From IMG/VR virus record IMGVR_UViG_3300043420_000984, positions 1 through 64,000 of that record: a stretch of DNA of 64,000 bases; one strand, given 5' to 3'. The notes beneath the pieces were generated by a model that was not told the DNA's origin, did no database searches, and saw only the letters and a list, made by a program, of their open reading frames with translations. Made by a program: the position numbers and the translations under genes. Shown in pieces: positions 18,656 to 26,600 of the stretch (position 1 is its first letter; each line of letters starts with the position of its first letter). Source of the stretch: a virus.

Positions 18656-18750
18656 TTGCTACTTGCACTTGTCGATTAAACAAGAATGCCGTAGCAAGAC
18701 AGAGGCTATGTCCCTGTTATATCCTTATGAGGTATATCACACATAGTCCA
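18656..18750 (+). ncRNA. ~95-nt pseudoknotted structured RNA, copy 2
   Basis: Fills the tRNA-Lys/tRNA-Tyr spacer; covaries with copy 1. Confidence 0.78.
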
Positions 18751-18753
18751 TAT

Positions 18754-18835
18754 GGAAGGATGTCCGAGTGGTTAATGGAAACGGTCTGTAAAACCGTCGG
18801 CTCTGCCTTCGCAGGTTCGAATCCTGCTCCTCCCA
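18754..18835 (+). tRNA. tRNA-Tyr(GUA)
   Basis: acggt-CTGTAAA-accgt; variable arm. Confidence 0.92.
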
Positions 18836-18889
18836 CTTTATAAGTTTAATAACTTATAAATAATAGTGACACATTTTTGTTTCCCTACC

Positions 18890-19276
18890 ATGTTAAACTG
18901 TAAAACCTGTGGAATAGAACTGACTGAAGATAATACCTTCAGAAGGAGTGGAAGAAAAACAAACTTCCCAGTTGGATATTATAGACATTGTAAAAAATGT
19001 TATAATGCCAGCAGGTTAGGTAGAATGGTAGAAAACAAAAAGAAGCAAGTAGAATTTTTTGGTGGAAAATGTAAATTGTGTGGGTATGATAAATGCCATA
19101 ACGCACTTGAATTCCATCATTTAGACCCTACTATCAAGGAAGAAAGTCCATCTTCCTTGAGGCAAGTCACTGATGAACTTAGATGGAAAAGTGAATTGGA
19201 GAAGTGCATTCTTCTCTGTTCTAATTGTCATCGTGAAGTTCATGCTGGATTACATCCAAATTACTTGGCCCTATAG
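18890..19276 (+). CDS. Small HNH endonuclease 2 with N-terminal Zn finger
   Basis: CKTC..CKKC, GGKCKLCGY..LEFHHLDP..KCILLCSNCHREVH; TATAAATA at 18855. Confidence 0.9.
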   Translation: MLNCKTCGIELTEDNTFRRSGRKTNFPVGYYRHCKKCYNASRLGRMVENKKKQVEFFGGKCKLCGYDKCHNALEFHHLDPTIKEESPSSLRQVTDELRWKSELEKCILLCSNCHREVHAGLHPNYLAL

Positions 19277-19339
19277 TGAAGTGGTCTATCACGCCTACCT
19301 GTCTAGTAGGAATCTGGGATTCGAATTCCCATAGGGTCG
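19267..19339 (+). tRNA. tRNA-Asp(GUC)
   Basis: cctac-CTGTCTA-gtagg; overlaps HNH stop. Confidence 0.88.
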
Positions 19340-19482
19340 TTGGGAGTCAGTATTCTAACTCTCACGCATTCTTCAGAGGTTGCCAGTTTGCAGAAGAATG
19401 TTGTAGTAATAACTGGAATTGGGGAGGGATTTCCGCCCGATGATTTTAAATCATCACTTTGCGGGATACCCCCTCCCATCAA

Positions 19483-19557
19483 GTTCCTATCGACTAGCGG
19501 TTAGGTCACCACTCTTTCAAGGTGGCAGCACGGGTTCGAATCCCGTTAGGAATACCA
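19483..19557 (+). tRNA. tRNA-Glu(UUC), CCA encoded
   Basis: ccact-CTTTCAA-ggtgg. Confidence 0.9.
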
Positions 19558-19558
19558 A

Positions 19559-19632
19559 CGGAATGTAGCGCAGTTTGGTAGCGCATCTGTTTTGGGAACA
19601 GAGGGTCGCAGGTTCGAATCCTGTCATTCCGA
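19559..19632 (+). tRNA. tRNA-Pro(UGG)
   Basis: cggaatg/cattccg; tctgt-TTTGGGA-acaga. Confidence 0.93.
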
Positions 19633-19635
19633 TTT

Positions 19636-19708
19636 GGAAACATAGCTTAGTTGGTAAAGCATTCGACTGATAATCGAAAGACCACTGGTTCGAGTCCAGT
19701 TGTTTCCA
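19636..19708 (+). tRNA. tRNA-Ile(GAU)
   Basis: ttcga-CTGATAA-tcgaa. Confidence 0.92.
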
Positions 19709-19820
19709 CTATGGTGAACCTTAGTCCATCTGAGGAAGAAAGTTTTAGGATCTAGTCAATCCATAAAGACAAGTATTCCGATAAGGAGAATAAAGGTAGG
19801 GGGATGACTACCCTCTTTAT

Positions 19821-19903
19821 GGAAGATTGGCAGAGTGGTTAATGCAGCGGTTTGCTAAACCGTGAGGGTAAAACCTCCGTTGGTTCGAATCCAACATCTT
19901 CCG
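19821..19903 (+). tRNA. tRNA-Ser(GCU)
   Basis: gcggt-TTGCTAA-accgt; gagg/cctc variable arm; G73. Confidence 0.92.
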
Positions 19904-19907
19904 CCTT

Positions 19908-20041
19908 GGAGGTTACGGGTCGGGTAGGCGGTTCAATTCCGTCGTCGAGTGGTCTCGGATGGGGTTCGATTCCCCTTGGAGTATGGCTACTAAAAACGAC
20001 TAGCGCAAGTCGCCCTGTGGGTTCAACTCCCACAACCTCCA
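19908..20041 (+). ncRNA. 134-nt tRNA-like RNA with acceptor stem and three T-loop hairpins
   Basis: ggaggtt/aacctcc-A; ggcgg-TTCAATT-ccgtc, gggg-TTCGATT-cccc, gtggg-TTCAACT-cccac; no canonical D/anticodon arm. Confidence 0.75.
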
Positions 20042-20045
20042 ATTT

Positions 20046-20117
20046 GGCAGTGTAGTTCAGTGGTAGAACAAGAGATTCATACCCTCTATGTCGGTAGTTC
20101 AATTCTACCCACTGCCT
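20046..20117 (+). tRNA. tRNA with CAU anticodon (third copy, atypical)
   Basis: ggcagtg/cactgcc; agaga-TTCATAC-cctct (A31:C39 mismatch). Confidence 0.8.
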
Positions 20118-20118
20118 T

Positions 20119-20189
20119 GTGTCGTTAGCCTAGTGGTAAGGCATCGGTTTGTGGAACCGACTAGATGGGTTCAATTCCCATACGGCACC
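20119..20189 (+). tRNA. tRNA-His(GUG)
   Basis: tcggt-TTGTGGA-accga; C73. Confidence 0.88.
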
Positions 20190-20191
20190 CC

Positions 20192-20263
20192 GCCCTTATA
20201 GCTCAGTGGTAGAGCAACTCACTAGTAATGAGTAGGTCGTTGGTTCAAATCCGACTGAGGGCT
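20192..20263 (+). tRNA. tRNA-Thr(AGU)
   Basis: actca-CTAGTAA-tgagt; G1C2C3 acceptor. Confidence 0.9.
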
Positions 20264-20338
20264 TCTGAGGTCGCCAAGCGGTAAGGCAGCGGGTTTTGGT
20301 CCCGCCATTCGTGGGTTCGAATCCTACTCTCAGAACCA
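20264..20338 (+). tRNA. tRNA-Gln(UUG), CCA encoded
   Basis: gcggg-TTTTGGT-cccgc; GCCAAGCGGTAAGGC D arm. Confidence 0.9.
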
Positions 20339-20410
20339 GTCGGGTTGGTCTAATGGTAAGATGCAGGTCTCCAAAACCTTGCGATGGGGGTTCAAATCCC
20401 TCACCCTTCG
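20339..20410 (+). tRNA. tRNA-Trp(CCA) with mismatched acceptor pairs 2-3
   Basis: aggt-CTCCAAA-acct; G73. Confidence 0.8.
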
Positions 20411-20413
20411 CCT

Positions 20414-20487
20414 ACTCTCTTAGCTCAGCGGACTAGAGCAATCGGCTACGAACCGATGTGTCGCAGGTTCAAATCCTGCAGAGAGTG
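20414..20487 (+). tRNA. tRNA-Arg(ACG)
   Basis: actctct/agagagt; atcgg-CTACGAA-ccgat. Confidence 0.92.
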
Positions 20488-20606
20488 TTTTCGCTAAAAA
20501 TATATGAAAGGTGATTGTACGTGGTCCGAACAGTTCGGATACATTTATATTTGTTGTAAGGAAATAGCCAAAATACTTATTATGAAAGACAAGTACCGAC
20601 CTACTG

Positions 20607-20614
20607 TATAAATA
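20607..20614 (+). promoter_or_regulatory. T4-type late promoter
   Basis: Exact TATAAATA ~40 nt before the giant structural gene. Confidence 0.8.
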
Positions 20615-20655
20615 AATCCTAGGACAAAAGCTTAAACCGTAGGGTCAGTATAATC

Positions 20656-23600
20656 ATGCCATTAACACGTCTGGATAACCTTATCAGCTCAAAAACTGGT
20701 AAGTATCTTTATGTTTCTCCTGATGACTTTAACGCAACTGATGCGTTAGCAAACAGAGGTAATTCACCTATTACACCATTTAAAAGCATCCAGCGTGCAT
20801 TCCTAGAAATCGCAAGATATTCATATCTTCCTGGTTTCGGTAATGACAGATTTGACCAGTTCAGTATTATGCTGATGCCTGGTATTCACTATATTGATAA
20901 CCGTCCTGGTCTGGTAGATACCAGTGGTATTGATGTATTTGGATTTGATCAAGCACTAAATTCTTGGACTGACAACTCGATCCTAGATATTTCTAATCCC
21001 GATAACGTCCTCTACAAGTTCAACAATACTGAGGGTGGTGCTATCATCCCTCGTGGTTCATCGCTTGTTGGTTATGACCTACGTAGAACAACAATCAGAC
21101 CACTCTACGTTCCAGATCCTGCATCAGTAACTGTTCCTCGTTCTGCAATTTTCAACGTAACTGGTGGTTGTTACTTCTGGCAGTTTACCATCAAAGATGG
21201 TCAAACAACTTCAGAATCTCCTCTATATGACAATACACAAGGCACAGGTCTTGTTTATTATGATCCAAATGACTTTACTAAGTTAACTGCTCCTAACTAT
21301 TCTCACCACAAACTGACTGTATTCGAATATGCAGATCAGGAAGAGTTGGGTCTATTCTATAGAAAGATTGCTAAGGCATTCTCTGCATATCAGCCTACAA
21401 TTGATGATCCAGGTGAATTTGATTTCAATATTCAAGAGAATAGAATTGTTGGTCCTCTTTCCGACAGTAGAGTTATTGAAAGTCTGAAATTAACAGATGC
21501 AACAACAAAGCCAAGTGTTCCTGCATCTACTTCTGAAATTGAAGTAACTACAAAAGTAGATCATGGATATTTCCAAGGTCAGTTTGTTGCTATTTCTGGA
21601 ACTGAGATTGATAGTGTCCTGGAAGGTGTCTTCCCTATCAAATCTATCGATCAGAACGATCCTAGAAAATTCACTTATGAAGTTCCAATTGTTGTAAGTG
21701 CAATTGGTACAAACTTAGTATCTGGTCAAACAGTTAGTGTTCCTACTTTAGGACAAAACGCACAAACACTTGCAGAAGTAGATAGCGTTGAATCAGCATC
21801 TCCATACGTCTTTAACTGTTCTATTCGTTCTACTTGGGGTATTTGCGGTATCTGGGCTAATGGTCTTAAGGCGACAGGCTTTAAGTCGATGGTTATTGCT
21901 CAGTATACTGGTGTTTCTCTACAGAAAGACGATAGAGCGTTCATTCGTTATGATGAGTATTCTAACACTTGGAACCAAGCATCTCTAACTGATGCTTTTG
22001 CTACTGTTCCTTATCACACTAAGGGTGATAGCTACTGGAAAGATGATTGGAGAAACTTCCACGTTCGCGCTTCGGAAGATGCATTCATTCAGAACGTTTC
22101 GATCTTCGCTGTTGGTTTCGCTGATCACTTCCTAATGGAGAGTGGTGGTGACATGTCGATCACCAACTCTAACTCCAACTTTGGTAACACCTCTCTACAT
22201 GCTATTGGTTTCAAAGGATTTGCCTTCAACCAAGACAAGGGTGGTTATATTACCGACATTATTCCACCACAGAAAATTGCTGAAGGATCTGCAAATACAA
22301 AACGAGTACAATATTATACTATTGATATCCAAGGAACCATCAAGGATAATAACAACTACACAAAATTGTTCTTAGGAAGTGATAGTGTAATCACTCCCAT
22401 CGACAGACCATCTGTGACTATTCAGGGTTATAGACTTGGATCTAAAACTGATGAAAAATTATTTGTTACTTTAGACCCAGCTTCTCCTGGTGGACCAGAA
22501 GAATTTAACGCAACCTTAGAACCAACAGGATTTGTAAAGTATATTGCCAGTGCCAGCATTTTAAATCCATCTGGAATTGCAATTAACAATATCTATGCTG
22601 ATGCTGCTAATTTAATCCAGAATAATCGCAGAATGATCCAGGAGGAGGTATTTGGATATATCTTTGAGAAGTATCCAAGACTTCAGAATATCCCATATGT
22701 AAATCCTGGTAGAGATCCAGATGCAAATCGTTTCTATGATGCAAGAGATTTAATTATTGCAAATCGCCAATATATTATTACTCAAGCTCAAGTTGAAACT
22801 CTAGCTGCGTATCCAACTACGAGTATTACTTTGTTTGATATTGGTGAAATAGTTGATGCTATTGCAGAAGATTTGAGAGATGGTGGTAACTTTAATACTA
22901 TTGAAAAAGTAAAAGAATATTTTAGTGGATCTGGTAATCTATCTTCTTTCCTTGGTTTTGAGGCGGAAGCTATATTTGCATTCAATAGAACTCGTGATCT
23001 ATGCAAACTTGCAATTGCAAACCTTCTTCCAAATAAAGCTTATCTATATGATCCAGATCCAAACAGTGAGATTGCTGGGTATGTACTTAGTAGAAATGGA
23101 ATTACTACTGCTGGATATACTGGATCGGAAGCGGAGGAACTGTCTTTAACAACAAATGGAGTTACTGTTGATGTAGCTAACAAAGTAGATCCAGCTGGAA
23201 GATTTAAAGATGCTAGTAACTTAATTTCAGCTAATAAAGATTTTATTGTTGATAATGCATTGGCGGAGATTGGTGTTTATCATCCTGACTTTTTCTTCCC
23301 AAATGATCCGCAAACCACAGCAGATTCTAGATTTGCTGATGCATATCGTTTAATTCGTCGTAATAGAGAAGAAATTCAAAATGCTGCTATTGCTGCTATT
23401 CTAACAAACTATCCAACATTCGTATTTCCAAATGGATCTACAGATAAGTGTCGCAGAGATATTGGTTATCTGATTGATTCTATTGCTTTAGATATTTTTC
23501 TTGGTGGAAATGAATATACAATCAAGTTCACCAGAAAGTATTTTGATGCACTTGGCAATCCAATTTCTGATGGTTTATCTGGTGAAGAAGCTCAAAGCAT

Positions 23601-26600
23601 TTATGGATTTAATGCTGCTAGAGATGCAATGATGCTAGCAGTGTCTAATCAATTGACTTATAAAGATGATACAATTACTGCTGGAGAATCTGAGTATGGA
23701 GACGGAAATGGTGTCGTTCCAAATACCAATCCAACAGCATGTGCTGACGTTCAAAATGCTATTTCCACATTAACCTCTATCGCTACACAAGCTATTAGTG
23801 ATGGAAATACAGATTCACTCGATGATTCTGGCAATCCAAATTATGTTATACCAACTTCCAGAACATTACTTGCTGGAGAATCAAAGTGCCGCAGAGACAT
23901 TGGATTTGTTGTTGATGCAATTATCAATGACTTGTGGTTTGGCGGTAATGAGTATATGATTGCTGCAACTAAGGAGTATTTCCTTTACAACGGATCTGCA
24001 CTACTTCCAAATGGAGTATCTGGGGAGATAGAACCATCTGTTACGGCATTTAAGAGAATTGCTGATGCAGTTAATTTATCTATTAATAATCAGACATACG
24101 AAAAAGATCTTACTATTACTTTAGATAATACTGGAGATCCAGTAGTTGTTTCTGATATTCATGCTGATGCTTACAATCTTGTTCTGAGAAACAAAGAGTT
24201 TATTGCTAAAGAAGCATATGAGCGTATGCTTATTGCTTTCCCAACATATACTCCACAATTAACTAATACAGAACAAGATTGTCTTGATGATGTATACAAA
24301 GTCCTTGAGGAGGTAATGTATAACGTTAAGTTTGGTGGTAATCATAGAGCATATGATGCTGCTAATGTTTATGTTACAAATACTTTAAATGGTGAACCTA
24401 TTGAAACGTTTATTGACTCTGAACGAGATGAAGCAGCGTATGTTTTTACTCAAGCTAGAGATATTGCAATCCAAGTATTGAGAAATGAGATCGTAAACCA
24501 AACTGGAAACAATACAATCCCTCTATACATAGACAATACGATTGTACCTGATTGGGAATCGCCAACATGCCAATCTGCAGCTTCTGCTGTTGCAACTTTA
24601 ATGGATATTGTTATCCAAGCGATTGGAAATGATACTGGTGTTGGAAATCTTACTGGAATTTTTAGAACAGAACCAACACAGCCAACTCAATATGTTACTG
24701 GCAATTGTTCTGATGTTCTTTCGTCTGTTGATACTTTAATCAGCATTCTGTGTGATGCAATTTCTGATTATTCACTAAACTCTTTACCATCACTAAGTCA
24801 CGGACAGTGGGATTGTGCTAACGTTCGCTCTGCAATCGAAAACTTATTCGATATTGTAAATGATGCATTGAGAACTTCTTCCTTAGCAGAATTGCCAGAA
24901 GTTAATACTGGTGGTTTTGGTGTAGTTGCAGAGCAATCCAAGTGTTTCCGTGATGTAACATATATTGTTGATGCTATTACAAATGACTTGAGACTTGGTG
25001 GAAATATCAACAGCGTTCAATTTGCGGAAGCTTATTATGTTGGTACACAATTAGAGTATATTGATGGAGAAAAGGTTGAAACTCTAGATGCTTGGGATTA
25101 TGTTGGTCAGATGGCAATCGCAGCGATGCGTAACTTTGATTTCCTTGCTCTAAATTGTCAGACTACTTTTGGAAGTGCTATTGTTGAAGTTGGAGATACT
25201 CGTGGTATTCTTATCGGTATGAGAGTACAGGAATTTGATAATACAGATCCTGTAAATCCTGCTTATGTAAATGGTTTACTACAACCAAATGCTACCGCAA
25301 TCTATAGCAATATTCCACAAGATACATTTGTTAAGAGAATTGTAAGCAACACTGAAATTGAAATTGGTGTTGCCAATTCTAGATTAGATGTTGGAGAAAC
25401 TGTTCCTGCCCTACAGACAAGTACTACTGCTTCTCTTTACTTTACATTTGAAAAGGGACAATGGGCAGATACTCTTCCAACAACTGTATTTGTTGGACCA
25501 GAAAGTAGCAATCCAGATGTTATTCAAGATACAACTGCTTTTTCTCCAGGATCTCCAACCCAGAGAGAATGTGCTGGTACTGCTAATGCTATTACCACTC
25601 TTGTTGAAAATATCACTACAATTATTAGTAGTGGCATTGGAACAGTTGCGCGAGAAGAGCAGACAGTAAACACTGCGCTATTTGCTTCTAGAGCAACAGT
25701 ATTTACTGTTAATGTAACTGGTTATGGATCAACAAATCCACATAACTTTGAAACTGGTACTCCAGTTAGACTAGTTCCACGTCCACGTTTTAATGTTGAT
25801 ACTGGTAAATATGTCGACATCGATAAACGTCTTGTTAGACTTCCAAATGGATTTGAAACAAATAGAACATATTATGTAATTGCTCCAGGAAGAAGAACAC
25901 AACCAGAAAATTACGCTAACACTACATTCTTCAATGGTAGTGATCAAACTAAGTTGATGTTAGCAACATCCAAAGAGAATGCTGCTGCTGGTATTTACAT
26001 TTACTCATCTGAATCTGAAAATATTGATGCGGATGTTGAGATTGACATCTACCAGTTTGTATTGGATGATAGTTATGATCTACACAACTATAAGTGCACT
26101 TTAACTAATACAGTTAATGCTGGCATTCAAACTGATGTACCACACATTTTTGATGTTCCATTCTCATCAACAACTCCTCAAAAAGTATTCTTTAGAGCTA
26201 TTGAGGGTGGGGTATTGCCACTTGTATCTACAACTTATGCAAATGATTCGGATGTTGCGATAGTTGATCCTTTTGATCCAGAAGTTGGAAACATTAACAA
26301 GACAACTGAGTTTTTTGCAAGATATCAAAATGATAAAGTATTTACTATTCACAAAACACATGCAGATGCTATTAATAATGTAAATCCAATCACATTTACA
26401 TCGGGTCAACTTGGAACTTTTGAAGTGTTCTCAAACAAACGCAGAAGTCCAGTTCATTTTGATCCAACATTTGCAGATGGAGTGACAGATAGTGGAAAGT
26501 GGTTCGTCAGATTGAAAGATGAGGGATCTTCTAGTGTACCTGAATCTATCAAGCAAGAAAATATCATGTGGAGGATCCATCAAATTGATTATGCTGATAG

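Noticed and set aside
19729-19742. Hammerhead ribozyme core (CTGAGGA..GAAA)
   Set aside because: No stem II between the motifs and no convincing stems I/III
19908-20041. tmRNA or intron-containing tRNA
   Set aside because: No G3:U70, no tag ORF, too short, and no group I core or recoverable anticodon arm seen
15832-20102. ORFs 15832-16116, 17039-17221, 17286-17489, 18604-18843, 19839-20102, 19852-20055
   Set aside because: They run across tRNA or structured-RNA genes
15700-20500. Stop-codon reassignment or suppressor tRNA
   Set aside because: No CUA/UCA/UUA anticodon found and core genes are full length in the standard code
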